DNA of 32,000 nt from an uncultured Erysipelotrichaceae bacterium (GCA_942493105.1 OW818668.1:420001-452000), one strand, 5' to 3'; positions 17,501 to 27,580 are shown, counted from the stretch's first letter. Numbers and translations are program-made. The notes: generated by a model from the letters alone, not told the origin.

Positions 17501-18028
17501 TTATCCGCGCACTTCTTCGCGTTTTAATCCGCGAAGTGCAGCCACCTGATCGATGGTTTTCAAAGCTTTAAGTGCAGCGACTGTGGATCTGACCATGTTG
17601 ATGGGGGTTCTAGAACCTAAGCATTTGCTCAGGACATCTTCGATTCCCGCCAATTCAAGGACAGCACGAACAGGTCCGCCAGCGATAACGCCAGTACCTT
17701 CAGAAGCGGGTTTCAACAAAATGGAACCAGCTCCGTAGTTACCTACGATATCATGAGGGATCGTTTTGCCAACCATTGGTACCTTAAAGAGATTCTTTTT
17801 GGCATCCTCAATGGCCTTTTTGATGGCATCAGGAACTTCATTGGCTTTGCCGGTACCAAAACCGACACGGCCCTTTTTATCACCTACAACGACCAAAGCA
17901 GCAAATCTAAAGCGACGTCCGCCTTTAACAACCTTTGTTACACGGTTGATGACGACGACTCTTTCTTCAAATTCTTTTTCAGCTCTGGGGTAGCGCGGTC
18001 TATCATTTTTCTTTGTGTTATTTTCCAT
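17501..18028 (-). CDS. rpsE: 30S ribosomal protein S5 (uS5)
   Basis: 175 aa. [24 protein letters not shown] and [15 protein letters not shown]. Confidence 0.97.
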   Translation of the reverse strand: MENNTKKNDRPRYPRAEKEFEERVVVINRVTKVVKGGRRFRFAALVVVGDKKGRVGFGTGKANEVPDAIKKAIEDAKKNLFKVPMVGKTIPHDIVGNYGAGSILLKPASEGTGVIAGGPVRAVLELAGIEDVLSKCLGSRTPINMVRSTVAALKALKTIDQVAALRGLKREEVRG

Positions 18029-18036
18029 GAGGCCTC

Positions 18037-18393
18037 CTAGAATACCAGTCCGGCTGCTCTGGCAGCATCTGCCACAGCCTTGACTCTTCCGTGATAGAGG
18101 TATCCACCACGGTCAAACACAACTTCTTTGATGTTCGCTTTTAATGCACGTTGTGCAACTTCGGTTCCGACGGCTTTTGCAGCTTCGATGTTACCTCCGT
18201 TAGCCAATTTCAATTCAACACTGGATGCGGAACACAAGGTTACCCCTGCGACATCATCAATGATCTGAACATGAATATGGGCATTGGAACGGTAAACATT
18301 GAGGCGTGGGCGTTCCGGAGTACCGGATACTTTGGTGCGTACACGAGCGTGACGACGTAATCTTTCAGCGTTTTTAGCAACTTTCTTAAGCAT
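18037..18393 (-). CDS. rplR: 50S ribosomal protein L18 (uL18)
   Basis: 118 aa. [27 protein letters not shown] and the C-terminal motif [14 protein letters not shown]. Confidence 0.97.
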   Translation of the reverse strand: MLKKVAKNAERLRRHARVRTKVSGTPERPRLNVYRSNAHIHVQIIDDVAGVTLCSASSVELKLANGGNIEAAKAVGTEVAQRALKANIKEVVFDRGGYLYHGRVKAVADAARAAGLVF

Positions 18394-18411
18394 CTTGTTT
18401 CTCCTTTCCCA

Positions 18412-18957
18412 CTATTTCTTAGCCGCCGTCTTGCCTTCTTTGCGACGGACAACTTCACCTTTATAACGAATCCCTTTACCCAGGTACGGTTCAGGTTTAC
18501 GAACGGCACGGATAATGGCTGCCCATTCTCCGACACGTTGTTTATCGATGCCGGATACCGCGATTTCTGTTGGGATCGGACATTCGATTTTAATGCCTTC
18601 TTCGATTTGGAAGACGACTGGATGAGAGTAACCGATTTGAATGGTCAGTGTTCTACCAGATACCGCAGCACGGTAACCGATCCCGACCAATTCCAATGAT
18701 TTCTTATATCCGTTTGTGACACCTTCAATCATGTTGGCGATCAGTGCACGGGTTGTACCATGCAACTGCTTGTATTGCTTTTCTTCATTAGGACGGGTAA
18801 CCGTAAGGATACCTTCTTTGATTTCGATTCCCATCTTGGGATTGAATTGAAACTTGAGTGTTCCTTTTGGTCCCTTAACAGTCACCTCATTCGCTGCAAC
18901 GATGTCGATTTCAACACCGGCAGGAACGGTAATCGCTTTATTTCCGATACGTGACAT
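18412..18957 (-). CDS. rplF: 50S ribosomal protein L6 (uL6)
   Basis: 181 aa. MSRIGNKAITVPAGVEI and the C-terminal motif PEPYLGKGIRY. Confidence 0.97.
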   Translation of the reverse strand: MSRIGNKAITVPAGVEIDIVAANEVTVKGPKGTLKFQFNPKMGIEIKEGILTVTRPNEEKQYKQLHGTTRALIANMIEGVTNGYKKSLELVGIGYRAAVSGRTLTIQIGYSHPVVFQIEEGIKIECPIPTEIAVSGIDKQRVGEWAAIIRAVRKPEPYLGKGIRYKGEVVRRKEGKTAAKK

Positions 18958-18971
18958 TGACGTTCCCTTTC

Positions 18972-19370
18972 TTACCAGATATAGGCAACGACTTCGCCGC
19001 CTACATGGTGTTTCTTGGCTTGTTTGTCAGTCAATAGACCCTTGGAAGTCGAGAGGATGGCAACGCCCAATCCGTTCAATACGCGCGGAACAGAATTGAC
19101 ATCAGCATAGACTCTTAGTCCAGGTTTAGAGATGCGTTTCAAACCAGACAACACCTTCTCTTTATTAGGACCGTACTTCAAGGAAATGGTAATTACTTTT
19201 TGGACATCACCACTGACAACATAACCGTTAATGAAGCCTTCATCTTGGAGGATGCGGGCGATTTCTACTTTTTCTTTGCTGGAAGGTACTTCCACAACTT
19301 CGTGACGGGCACTAACCGCGTTACGAATTCTAGTTAGCATATCCGCAATTGGATCTGTAATGGTCATCAT
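18972..19370 (-). CDS. rpsH: 30S ribosomal protein S8 (uS8)
   Basis: 132 aa. [14 protein letters not shown] and the C-terminal motif GGEVVAYIW. Confidence 0.97.
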   Translation of the reverse strand: MMTITDPIADMLTRIRNAVSARHEVVEVPSSKEKVEIARILQDEGFINGYVVSGDVQKVITISLKYGPNKEKVLSGLKRISKPGLRVYADVNSVPRVLNGLGVAILSTSKGLLTDKQAKKHHVGGEVVAYIW

Positions 19371-19381
19371 GGTTCTCCTCC

Positions 19382-19567
19382 TTACCAGCTTGCCTTTCTG
19401 ACACCAGGGATCTGACCTTGATTGGCCAATTCTCTGAAGCAGATACGGCAGATCTTATATTTCTGCAAAACGGAATGCGGACGACCGCAACGTTCGCAGC
19501 GGGTATAGCCCCGTACGGCGAATTTCGGAGTACGATGCGATTTAACAATTAAAGATGTTTTTGCCAT
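19382..19567 (-). CDS. rpsN: 30S ribosomal protein S14 type Z (short zinc-ribbon form)
   Basis: 61 aa with CERCGRP...CRIC, i.e. two CxxC pairs. It holds the spc-operon position between rplE and rpsH. Confidence 0.96.
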   Translation of the reverse strand: MAKTSLIVKSHRTPKFAVRGYTRCERCGRPHSVLQKYKICRICFRELANQGQIPGVRKASW

Positions 19568-19579
19568 GTCGATGTCCTC

Positions 19580-20122
19580 CTATTTCTTTTCAAACGGCAT
19601 ACCTAAACCAGTAAGAAGAGCTCTGCCTTCTTCATTGGTCTTAGCCGTTGTGACGATGACGATATCCATGCCTCTGACGCGGGTTACCTTATCAAAGTTG
19701 ATTTCAGGGAAAATCAGTTGTTCTTTGATGCCCAAGGTATAGTTACCACGACCATCAAATGCATTTTTACTGACACCACGGAAATCTCTGACACGTGGCA
19801 ACGCAATGTTGACCAACTTGTCGAGGAATTGATACATTTTTTCACCGCGTAAAGTTACTTTACAGCCGATTTCCATCCCTTCGCGAAGTTTGAAGTTCGC
19901 AATGGATTTCTTAGCTTTAGTGATGATTGGTTTTTGACCAGAGATCTGAGCCAATTCAGCAACAGCAGTTTCTAATGCTTTCGCATCAGCAATCGCATCG
20001 CCGACACCGATGTTGATGACAACTTTGTCTAACTTCGGGGCTTGCATAACGGTCGTATAGCTGAATTCTTTGACCAAGGCAGGGACCACAGTCGTGTTAT
20101 ATTTTTCGTGTAAACGGTTCAT
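19580..20122 (-). CDS. rplE: 50S ribosomal protein L5 (uL5)
   Basis: 180 aa. [16 protein letters not shown] and [24 protein letters not shown]. Confidence 0.97.
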   Translation of the reverse strand: MNRLHEKYNTTVVPALVKEFSYTTVMQAPKLDKVVINIGVGDAIADAKALETAVAELAQISGQKPIITKAKKSIANFKLREGMEIGCKVTLRGEKMYQFLDKLVNIALPRVRDFRGVSKNAFDGRGNYTLGIKEQLIFPEINFDKVTRVRGMDIVIVTTAKTNEEGRALLTGLGMPFEKK

Positions 20123-20131
20123 GGTTCCTCC

Positions 20132-20458
20132 TTACTCTTTCACTGCTTTTTTAGCAGGTTTCTTCTCTACTTTTTTGTCTGCCTTTACTGCTTTTTTGTC
20201 TTCTTTGACGTCTTTCTTCGCTTTGGCTTTTTTAGCCTTAACTTCTACGAATACGACGTTGGACACGTGAATTGGGACTTCCTTTTCGATCGCGCCGCCA
20301 TCTGGATTAGCCTGAGTCGGTTTTAAATTCTTTTTGACTAGGTTTACGCCTTCGACGATGACTTGATTTGTTTTAGGAAGAGCCTTCAGCACTTCACCTT
20401 CAGCACCTTTTGATGCCCCAGTGATGACTTTGACTTTATCGCCTTTTTTAATTTTCAT
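20132..20458 (-). CDS. rplX: 50S ribosomal protein L24 (uL24) with a lysine-rich C-terminal tail
   Basis: I placed the start at the ATG at 20458 ([14 protein letters not shown]...), preceded by SD AGGAGG. The tracked longer ORF start lies inside rplN. The KOW motif is present. The C-terminus is [35 protein letters not shown]. Confidence 0.93.
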   Translation of the reverse strand: MKIKKGDKVKVITGASKGAEGEVLKALPKTNQVIVEGVNLVKKNLKPTQANPDGGAIEKEVPIHVSNVVFVEVKAKKAKAKKDVKEDKKAVKADKKVEKKPAKKAVKE

Positions 20459-20468
20459 GGGTGTCCTC

Positions 20469-20837
20469 CTACAGTACTTCCGGAGCCAAGGACACAATTT
20501 TCATGAAGTCCTTATCACGGAGCTCTCTGGCGACCGGTCCGAAGATACGGGTGCCTTTGGGGGTATTGTCATCTTTGATGATGACGACTGCGTTATCGTC
20601 AAACTTAATGTAGGATCCGTTATCTCTGCGAACACCACGGACCGTACGAACGATGACAGCCTTGACGACTTCACCTTTCTTAACTGTTCCGCCGGTTGCT
20701 GCTTCTTTAACAGTACATACGACGATGTCACCGATGTTGGAGTAGCGTCTACGGCTACCACCTAAACAACGGATGACCAATACTTCTTTCGCCCCGGTGT
20801 TATCCGCGACTTTACATCTTGTTTCATTTTGAATCAT
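20469..20837 (-). CDS. rplN: 50S ribosomal protein L14 (uL14)
   Basis: 122 aa. [26 protein letters not shown]. Confidence 0.97.
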   Translation of the reverse strand: MIQNETRCKVADNTGAKEVLVIRCLGGSRRRYSNIGDIVVCTVKEAATGGTVKKGEVVKAVIVRTVRGVRRDNGSYIKFDDNAVVIIKDDNTPKGTRIFGPVARELRDKDFMKIVSLAPEVL

Positions 20838-20848
20838 AGGTCCTCCGT

Positions 20849-21109
20849 TTAAACCACATCGGCCTTTTCAACGATCTTCAACAAGCGGAAATTCTTCGTA
20901 GATGATAATGGACGTGTTTCCATGATTTCTACGACATCTCCAAGTTTAGCTTCATTGAGTTCGTCGTGAGCTTTATATTTCTTTGAGTATTTGACTCTTT
21001 TTGTATACTTAGGATCGCGTTTTGAAGTATGTACTTCAACAACGATGGTTTTATCCATTTTATCGGAAACCACGGTTCCACGATAGACTTTACGAGCGAT
21101 TCTTTCCAT
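20849..21109 (-). CDS. rpsQ: 30S ribosomal protein S17 (uS17)
   Basis: 86 aa. [16 protein letters not shown]....[18 protein letters not shown]. Confidence 0.96.
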   Translation of the reverse strand: MERIARKVYRGTVVSDKMDKTIVVEVHTSKRDPKYTKRVKYSKKYKAHDELNEAKLGDVVEIMETRPLSSTKNFRLLKIVEKADVV

Positions 21110-21120
21110 GTTGCGCCTCC

Positions 21121-21321
21121 TTAATTCTGTCCGCTGAGTTCGCGCTCAGTCATGACGGTTTTGATACGGGCAATCGTTTTACGGATTTCCTTCATTCTTC
21201 CAAATGAGGTGCCTTGCCCAGTGGCTTTTTGAAAGCGTAAGGTAAAGAGCTCTTCTTTTAAGACATCGATGTCTTTTAAGAGTTCGTTATTGCTTTTCTC
21301 ACGAATGTCTTTAACGGTCAT
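21121..21321 (-). CDS. rpmC: 50S ribosomal protein L29 (uL29)
   Basis: 66 aa. [24 protein letters not shown]. Confidence 0.95.
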   Translation of the reverse strand: MTVKDIREKSNNELLKDIDVLKEELFTLRFQKATGQGTSFGRMKEIRKTIARIKTVMTERELSGQN

Positions 21322-21740
21322 ACGAGTTCTTCCTCACCTTTCTTTACAAATCTTGATTTAACGGATAGTTTATGAGAAGCCAAACGCAGCGCTTCGCGTG
21401 CAGTTGCTTCATCAACACCACCGATTTCAAACATAATTCTTCCGGCTTGAACGACAGCTACCCAACCTTCAGGTGCTCCTTTACCAGATCCCATACGAAC
21501 TTCTAACGGCTTTCTGGTGAAAGCCATGTGTGGGAATATTTTAATCCATACTTGACCGCCACGCTTCATTTCGCGGGTCATCGCGATACGAGCAGATTCG
21601 ATCTGGCGGTTACTGACGTAACCTCCTTCTTCCGCAACCAGTCCGTAGTCTCCAAAAGAGACGGCACGTCCGGCTTTCGAACGACCTTCATAGCTGACCC
21701 GGTGCGGTTTTCTGTACTTAGTACGATTTGGCATTAACAT
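21318..21740 (-). CDS. rplP: 50S ribosomal protein L16 (uL16)
   Basis: 140 aa. [14 protein letters not shown] and [16 protein letters not shown]. Its stop and the rpmC start overlap as ATGA. Confidence 0.97.
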   Translation of the reverse strand: MLMPNRTKYRKPHRVSYEGRSKAGRAVSFGDYGLVAEEGGYVSNRQIESARIAMTREMKRGGQVWIKIFPHMAFTRKPLEVRMGSGKGAPEGWVAVVQAGRIMFEIGGVDEATAREALRLASHKLSVKSRFVKKGEEELV

Positions 21741-21745
21741 GTCAA

Positions 21746-21892
21746 CTACTGTCCTCCTTCTGTGCTGCTTTCTGTTTTGACTTCAACTTTTGCTTCTACC
21801 GGTTTCGCTTCATTGCGATCAGGTCTTGGGCGACGATCTTTATTGTAAGGTCTTCTGTCTCTGCTTTGTTCAGGAGCGAGCTTCAGGTTCTT
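21746..21892 (-). other. Open +1-frame segment after rpsC that encodes a charged S3-tail-like peptide with no start codon
   Basis: Manual translation gives [48 protein letters not shown]. The TAG at 21746-21748 lies 5 nt before the rplP ATG. The segment overlaps the last 7 codons of annotated rpsC. Confidence 0.5.
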
Positions 21893-22532
21893 TTACCATT
21901 TCACCAGGTTTGACTTCACCTCTACAGATCCAGACTTTGACGCCTAGTCTTCCGTAGGTAGTAGAAGCTTCACACTTAGCGAAATCAATGTCCGCTCTTA
22001 AGGTATGCAAAGGCACGATGCCTTCTGCGTAACCTTCGCTACGGGCGATATCATTGCCGCCTAAACGTCCACTGACCAGAGTCTTAACGCCTTTGGCGCC
22101 AGCTCTCATCGAGTTTTGAATGGCTTTCTTCTGAACAGTTCTGAAAGACTGACGTTGTTCAAGAAGCTTGGCAATATTCTTAGCCACCAAGACCGCATCC
22201 AACGCAGGGTTGGCAACGGCGATGACCGTAATCTTAACGACTTTATCTTTTAAGAGTTTAGCGAGTTCAGCTTTGACAGCTTCTACGCCTGAACCATCTT
22301 GTCCAATGATTTCACCAGGCTTTGCAGCACGGATGATGATTTCGACGCGGTGTTTGCTGCGTTCGATTTCAACACGGGAGATGTCAGCCTTATCCAATTT
22401 CTTGAATAAGAATTTTCTGATCTTAATGTCTTCTAGCAATAATGAACCGTATTCTTTTTCGGCATACCAGCGGGATTCCCAGTCACGGATGATCCCAACA
22501 CGCATTCCAATTGGATTTACTTTTTGACCCAT
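21870..22532 (-). CDS. rpsC: 30S ribosomal protein S3 (uS3), as currently readable; the C-terminus may be truncated by a frameshift
   Basis: 220 aa. [24 protein letters not shown], with a KH domain and [17 protein letters not shown]. Confidence 0.95.
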   Translation of the reverse strand: MGQKVNPIGMRVGIIRDWESRWYAEKEYGSLLLEDIKIRKFLFKKLDKADISRVEIERSKHRVEIIIRAAKPGEIIGQDGSGVEAVKAELAKLLKDKVVKITVIAVANPALDAVLVAKNIAKLLEQRQSFRTVQKKAIQNSMRAGAKGVKTLVSGRLGGNDIARSEGYAEGIVPLHTLRADIDFAKCEASTTYGRLGVKVWICRGEVKPGEMVKEPEARS

Positions 22533-22540
22533 ATTGCCTC

Positions 22541-22876
22541 CTAGTTCTTCTCAGCGACGATCACTGTGATGTGGCTGGTACGTTTGAATATCGATGCAGC
22601 AGAACCTTTGGCTCTGGGCATAAAGCGTTTGAGGGTGACCCCTTCATCAGCATAGCAAGCCTTGACAAACAACTTGTCTTCGGAGAGCTGATGATTGTTG
22701 GTGGCGTTAGCCACGGCTGAATGCAATACTTTACCGACGACCAGTGAAGTCTTATTGGGTGAGAACTTCAATAGGGCTGCGGCTTCTTTGATGTCTTTAC
22801 CACGGATCATATCCAAGGCAAGACGCACTTTACGGGGCTGTACGCGAACCGTTTTAGCTGTTGCTTTAACGTCCAT
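22541..22876 (-). CDS. rplV: 50S ribosomal protein L22 (uL22)
   Basis: 111 aa. [17 protein letters not shown] and [17 protein letters not shown]. Confidence 0.97.
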   Translation of the reverse strand: MDVKATAKTVRVQPRKVRLALDMIRGKDIKEAAALLKFSPNKTSLVVGKVLHSAVANATNNHQLSEDKLFVKACYADEGVTLKRFMPRAKGSAASIFKRTSHITVIVAEKN

Positions 22877-22878
22877 GA

Positions 22879-23151
22879 TTAAGCCTTCTTATCTTCGGAT
22901 CCATGTCCGGAGTATTTTCTTGTCGGAACGAATTCACCCAATTTGTGTCCAACCATATCTTCGGTAACAAACACTGGAACGTGTTCCTTACCATTGTAGA
23001 CTGCGAAGGTATGTTCAACGAACTGCGGGAAAATGGTTGAACGGCGCGACCAGGTCTTTATGACTTCCCTTTTGCGGGAAGCGTTTAATTTTTCTACTTT
23101 GGCCAATAAGTGTTGATCACAAAATGGACCTTTTTTCAAACTGCGACTCAT
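22879..23151 (-). CDS. rpsS: 30S ribosomal protein S19 (uS19)
   Basis: 90 aa. [17 protein letters not shown] and GHKLGEF.PTRKY.GHG. Confidence 0.97.
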   Translation of the reverse strand: MSRSLKKGPFCDQHLLAKVEKLNASRKREVIKTWSRRSTIFPQFVEHTFAVYNGKEHVPVFVTEDMVGHKLGEFVPTRKYSGHGSEDKKA

Positions 23152-23167
23152 GTTTTACCTCCCTTTC

Positions 23168-24004
23168 CTATTTCCCGTTACGGTGTCTAACAATTAATTT
23201 ATTAGACGAGTTTTTGTGTGAACGAGTCTTAACTCCCATTGCTTTTTTGCCCCATGGGGTCATCGGCTGCTTACGTCCGACGGGGTTCTTACCTTCACCA
23301 CCACCATGTGGGTGATCGACAGGGTTCATGACGGCACCACGTACGGTAGGTCTTACACCCAACCAACGTCTGCGACCGGCTTTACCCAAATTTACTAAGT
23401 TATGGTCTTCATTACCGACGACACCAACGGTGGCACGGCAATTCTTTAACACTTTACGAACTTCACCTGATCCTAAACGTAAGATGGAGTAAGGTCCTTC
23501 TTGACCTAAGATCTGAATGGAGACCCCAGCAGCACGTGCCATTTGGCCGCCTTTACCAGGTTTCAATTCAACGTTATGGACGATGGTACCATCAGGCATG
23601 TTGCCCAATTCACCAGCATTACCAACTTTGATATCGACGGTTGGTCCTGAGACAACGGTCATACCGACAGTTAAGCCTTTAGGAGCTAAGATGTAGCGTT
23701 TTTCGCCGTCTGAATAATGCAGAAGTGCGATGTTTGAGGAACGATTTGGATCGTATTCGATCGTAGCGACTTTGGCAGGAACGACGTCCTTGTCACGTTT
23801 GAAGTCGATGATACGGTAGAGTTGTTTATGACCGCCACCCTTATGACGGGTAGTAATCTTGCCGGTGTTTCCACGGCCGCCTTGTTTACCGAAGCTTTCC
23901 AGCAAGGAACGTTCAGGTTCATTACCAACGGTAATTTCCTCAAACGTCAAGCCGGTCATGCCACGGCGACCAGGGGTCGTCGGCTTATATTTCTTAATGG
24001 GCAT
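23168..24004 (-). CDS. rplB: 50S ribosomal protein L2 (uL2)
   Basis: 278 aa. [16 protein letters not shown] and [23 protein letters not shown]. Confidence 0.97.
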   Translation of the reverse strand: MPIKKYKPTTPGRRGMTGLTFEEITVGNEPERSLLESFGKQGGRGNTGKITTRHKGGGHKQLYRIIDFKRDKDVVPAKVATIEYDPNRSSNIALLHYSDGEKRYILAPKGLTVGMTVVSGPTVDIKVGNAGELGNMPDGTIVHNVELKPGKGGQMARAAGVSIQILGQEGPYSILRLGSGEVRKVLKNCRATVGVVGNEDHNLVNLGKAGRRRWLGVRPTVRGAVMNPVDHPHGGGEGKNPVGRKQPMTPWGKKAMGVKTRSHKNSSNKLIVRHRNGK

Positions 24005-24069
24005 TTCTTATGTTCTCCTTACGCAGTTTTTCCGGATATCGCGTAGTTCATCCGATATGTGACCTCAAC

Positions 24070-24351
24070 TTAAACTAAGTTGATTTTTTGTCCGGCAGCA
24101 ACTTTAACGATGGCTTTGCGGACGGCACTGGTCGTGCCTGTATATTTGCCGACACGTTTGGTCTTAGGGCGGCAGTTCATAATGTTGACGGACTCTACTT
24201 TGACATTGAAGATTTCTTCGATGGCAATTTTGACTTCAGTCTTATTAGAACCTTTTTTGACTTCAAAGGTAACTTTGTTGTCTGTATCTTGCAGTTTCAT
24301 CGACTTTTCAGTGATGATCGGGCGAATGATGATATCTCTTGCATTTGACAT
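24070..24351 (-). CDS. rplW: 50S ribosomal protein L23 (uL23)
   Basis: 93 aa. [13 protein letters not shown]....KVTFEV....NKTEVK.AIEEIF.VKV. Confidence 0.96.
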   Translation of the reverse strand: MSNARDIIIRPIITEKSMKLQDTDNKVTFEVKKGSNKTEVKIAIEEIFNVKVESVNIMNCRPKTKRVGKYTGTTSAVRKAIVKVAAGQKINLV

Positions 24352-24980
24352 TAGGCAAATACCTCCTCAGCATACTTGATGGCTGCTTCAGTAAATACCA
24401 CTTTTCCGACTCTCATCAGGTCGAAGACGTTGATGTCTTCAACCAAAGCGAATAAAGTATTTGGAAGATTTCTCATACTCATGTAGGAGTTATCCCAATC
24501 TTCTTCACCGTGGAAGACGTACAGGGTATTGCCTGTGCATTGAATGGCGTCTTGAACCTTGAGGAAGTCTTTGGTTTTGATTCCATCAAATTTGATGGCA
24601 TCAACAACAACCAATTCATTCGTCAAGACTTTTTCAGATAATACGGATTTAACCGCTAAACGACGTACTTTACGATTTAAGCGATAGGCATAAGAACGTG
24701 GGGTAGGACCAAAAGCACTACCGCCGCCTCTCCAATGCGGATTACGGGTTGAACCGGTACGGGCTCTGCCTGTTCCTTTTTGACGCCAAGGTTTCCTGCC
24801 GCCGCCGCGAACTTCAGATTTGTTTTTGACATCATGAGTCCCTTGACGCATCGAAGCTCTCTGCATCAAAACGGTATCAAAGATGGCTTGTTGATTCGGT
24901 TCGATCCCAAATATGGCATCGGCGATATCGATAGTATGAAGGGCTTTGCCTTCCTGATTGATGACTTGAATTTTAGGCAT
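24351..24980 (-). CDS. rplD: 50S ribosomal protein L4 (uL4)
   Basis: 209 aa. [29 protein letters not shown]. Confidence 0.97.
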   Translation of the reverse strand: MPKIQVINQEGKALHTIDIADAIFGIEPNQQAIFDTVLMQRASMRQGTHDVKNKSEVRGGGRKPWRQKGTGRARTGSTRNPHWRGGGSAFGPTPRSYAYRLNRKVRRLAVKSVLSEKVLTNELVVVDAIKFDGIKTKDFLKVQDAIQCTGNTLYVFHGEEDWDNSYMSMRNLPNTLFALVEDINVFDLMRVGKVVFTEAAIKYAEEVFA

Positions 24981-24983
24981 GGC

Positions 24984-25706
24984 TTAGACCTCCTTAACTT
25001 CTTCAACTACTTCAGCGACGACTTCAGCAGCAACGACCGGAGTACGGTTGATGAGTGTTTTTGCACTTACGCTGGCGACGGATTTAACCGTTGACTTGAT
25101 AACGACGAATCCGCGTTTTGGACCCGGTACATTACCTTTGATTAAAATGACGTTTTTGTCGGTATCGACCAATACCACTTCTAGGTTCTGGTTGGTTGTT
25201 GATACACCACCCATTTGACCAGCCATGGTACGGCCTTTGTTGATGATCCCGTTATTACGACCGATGGTCGCTAAGGAACCCGGTGAACGGTGGAAACCTG
25301 ACCCGTGTGAGTTAGGTCCCGTTTTTTGGTTGTTACGGACAACTGCGCCGTTGAAACCATGACCTTTGCTGGTTCCGGAAACGTCTACCATCTCTCCCGC
25401 AAAGAAGAGATCTGCTTTAACCAAGGCACCGACTTCGAAATGGCTTAGGCCATTTCCACGAATTTCTTTGATGAATTGCTTGGGTGTGGTGTTAGCTTTG
25501 GATACATGTCCGACCAGGGCCTTTGTTGCGCGTTGGGCTTTCTTTTCAGAATAACCTAACTGTACCGCTTCATAGCCATCATTCTCGATTGTTTTCTTCT
25601 GAAGTACGACATTTGGTGAGACTTCAACGACGGTGACTGGAACCAATGTTCCATCAACGGTGAAGACTTGCGTCATGCCGAGCTTTCTTCCTAATAGTCC
25701 TTTCAT
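24984..25706 (-). CDS. rplC: 50S ribosomal protein L3 (uL3) with an extra C-terminal segment of about 30 aa
   Basis: 240 aa. MKGLLGRKLGMTQVF and GTSKGHGFNGAVVRNN. The tail is ...TPVVAAEVVAEVVEEVKEV. Confidence 0.96.
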   Translation of the reverse strand: MKGLLGRKLGMTQVFTVDGTLVPVTVVEVSPNVVLQKKTIENDGYEAVQLGYSEKKAQRATKALVGHVSKANTTPKQFIKEIRGNGLSHFEVGALVKADLFFAGEMVDVSGTSKGHGFNGAVVRNNQKTGPNSHGSGFHRSPGSLATIGRNNGIINKGRTMAGQMGGVSTTNQNLEVVLVDTDKNVILIKGNVPGPKRGFVVIKSTVKSVASVSAKTLINRTPVVAAEVVAEVVEEVKEV

Positions 25707-25718
25707 GTGTTCTCCTTA

Positions 25719-26030
25719 CTATAACTTGATTTCGATGTCAACACCACTTGGTAAGTCCATACGGCTCAATGCGTCAATGGTTGCCGCTGACGGACCAATG
25801 ATTTCAATTAGACGTTTGTGGGTTCTCTTTTCGAATTGTTCGCGAGCGTCCTTGTATTTGTGGACGGCGCGTAAGACGGTTACGATTTCTCTTTCGGTAG
25901 GTAACGGTACCGGTCCGACGACTTTTTTAACTCCAGTCATGTTGGCTGTCTCAACGATTTTCTTCGTTGCGAGATCCAAGACTGAGTGTTCATAAGCCTT
26001 CAAACGAATGCGAATGCTGTTTTTTGCCAT
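25719..26030 (-). CDS. rpsJ: 30S ribosomal protein S10 (uS10)
   Basis: 103 aa. [12 protein letters not shown] and GPVPLPTE. It is the first gene of the S10 operon. Confidence 0.97.
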   Translation of the reverse strand: MAKNSIRIRLKAYEHSVLDLATKKIVETANMTGVKKVVGPVPLPTEREIVTVLRAVHKYKDAREQFEKRTHKRLIEIIGPSAATIDALSRMDLPSGVDIEIKL

Positions 26031-26156
26031 GATTCCTCCTGTGGACTGCGCCTAAACGTTAAACGTTCACTTCGCTCAATATGAATTCCCTGACTTCTCA
26101 CTGCTCATGACAACGCTTGTCAGTGTGTCAGCAACCTCATATCTCTTTGCGTGCGC
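26031..26156 (-). promoter_or_regulatory. Long (about 125 nt) structured 5' leader of the S10 operon
   Basis: It spans from the candidate promoter to the rpsJ SD (AGGAGGAATC). It contains a perfect hairpin TGACAA-cgc-TTGTCA (26108-26122) and a tandem AAACGTT AAACGTT (26054-26067). Confidence 0.45.
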
Positions 26157-26162
26157 TACAAT

Positions 26163-26191
26163 ATTATACAGAACTCCCATAAAAAAAGCAA
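26163..26191 (-). promoter_or_regulatory. Candidate sigma-A promoter of the S10-spc-alpha cluster
   Basis: Minus strand reads TTGCTT-17 nt-TATAAT. Confidence 0.55.
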
Positions 26192-26306
26192 ATCTTTTTT
26201 GATTTACCATCTGGAACTCAATCATTCTCAACTTCTTTTTTTGCTTATTTATTTTACCACACTTTTCTGTGTTAAACTATCACCAATAAAAAAGCGAGGA
26301 ACCTTT

Positions 26307-27491
26307 ATGCAACTTCGATTTGCCAGACGTGTAGGAAATGCAAAAAAGTCATTCATCCGAGAAATTTTTAAAGTACTAGGCCAAAAAGACATGATTTCTT
26401 TTTCTGGTGGATTTCCTAATCCCAGTTCATTTCCAGTAGAAGGCATCAAGGCAGCTGCCATCAAAGTGTTGGATGCGGATGGTGCCAACGTCTTACAATA
26501 CAGTTCAACAGAAGGTTATTTGCCTTTACGTGAATATATCGCTAAACGCTATCAAACTCGATTTGGATTAAAGGTCGATCCATCAGAGATTTTGATCGTC
26601 AATGGTTCTCAGCAAGCTTTTGACCTGATCGCTAAAGTTTTTCTAGATATCAATGATGGAGTCATCGTAGAACGTCCTTCCTATCTGGGAGCTTTACAGA
26701 GTTTTGGTTTCTATGAACCTACTTTTAAAGAAGTTGAATTAATCGTTAATGGACTAGATTGTGCTCAACTTGAAGAAGCACTTAAAGATAATCCCAAGCT
26801 GATGTATGTGGTCCCTAACTTTCAAAATCCGACTGGTTTAAGTTACAGTGATGAAAATCGTAAAGCCATCGCAGACCTAGTGCGTAAAACTGATACGATT
26901 TTGATTGAGGATGATCCTTATGGTGAACTTCGTTTTAAAGGCGAAGATCATTTACCCATCAAGATGCTTCTGGATGATCAGACGATCATGCTTGGATCAT
27001 TTAGTAAGGTTGTATCACCAGGTATGAGAATGGGTTGGTTGGTCGCTAAAAAAGAAATCATGGAGAAATTGATCATTGCGAAACAAGCTTCTGATTTACA
27101 CTCCAATTACTTGACTCAAAGAATTTTAGCTCAATATCTTGCCGATAATGATATTGATGCCCATATTCAAAAAATCAAAGCAATGTATCTGATTCAACGT
27201 GAACAGATGATAGCATCCATTAAAAAGTACTTTGATCCGTTGATCACCACAACAGAACCTGAAGGCGGGATGTTTTTATGGGCTACCTTACCATATGGCA
27301 TCTCATCGATGAAACTTTTTGATGATGCGGTCATTCAAAAAGTAGTATATGTCCCTGGAGACCCTTTCTATCCTGTCAGTGTTAATGCCTCTACATTAAG
27401 ACTCAATTACACCAATTCAACCCCTGAAGAAATCGATGAAGGTATTAAAAGACTCTCTGTCGTATTCAATAATGCGATTAAAACTAGATAA
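26307..27491 (+). CDS. PLP-dependent aminotransferase, class I/II (2-aminoadipate/aromatic aminotransferase-like)
   Basis: I placed the start at the ATG at 26307 (MQLRFARRVGN...), after SD GCGAGGAA. A PLP-lysine motif GSFSKVVSPGMRMGW is present, as is NFQNPTG. The tracked 52-codon 5' extension overlaps the rpsJ promoter region and looks non-coding. Confidence 0.85.
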   Translation: MQLRFARRVGNAKKSFIREIFKVLGQKDMISFSGGFPNPSSFPVEGIKAAAIKVLDADGANVLQYSSTEGYLPLREYIAKRYQTRFGLKVDPSEILIVNGSQQAFDLIAKVFLDINDGVIVERPSYLGALQSFGFYEPTFKEVELIVNGLDCAQLEEALKDNPKLMYVVPNFQNPTGLSYSDENRKAIADLVRKTDTILIEDDPYGELRFKGEDHLPIKMLLDDQTIMLGSFSKVVSPGMRMGWLVAKKEIMEKLIIAKQASDLHSNYLTQRILAQYLADNDIDAHIQKIKAMYLIQREQMIASIKKYFDPLITTTEPEGGMFLWATLPYGISSMKLFDDAVIQKVVYVPGDPFYPVSVNASTLRLNYTNSTPEEIDEGIKRLSVVFNNAIKTR

Positions 27492-27512
27492 ACATTTATA
27501 ATTGGTCAAATG

Positions 27513-27536
27513 AAAAGCAGCTCAATCGAGCTGCTT
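27513..27536. terminator. Hairpin of an ancestral bidirectional terminator, now abutting the IS end
   Basis: AAAAGCAGCTC-aatc-GAGCTGCT. The plus-strand T-tract (TTTTT) is now displaced to 29058-29061, on the other side of the IS. Confidence 0.7.
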
Positions 27537-27574
27537 AAACTATCCCCTTTGTAAAGGACACGGAAAGAAAAACA
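27536..27574 (+). repeat. IS terminal inverted repeat (orfB-distal end)
   Basis: Aligned by eye to the reverse complement of 29016-29054, roughly 31 of 39 positions. Confidence 0.7.
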
Positions 27575-27580
27575 GATGAA

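Noticed and set aside
20421-25995. Other antisense or alternative-frame ORFs inside ribosomal protein genes (20421-20765, 20501-20761, 22168-22527, 22695-22967, 23686-23943, 24080-24379, 24780-25094, 25633-25995)
   Set aside because: All are nested in strongly supported r-protein genes. They have no independent translation signals and are typical shadow ORFs.
26151-26306. 52-codon N-terminal extension of the aminotransferase ORF
   Set aside because: It overlaps the rpsJ promoter region and has a low-complexity, non-protein-like sequence. The ATG at 26307 has a proper SD and begins the conserved aminotransferase N-terminus.
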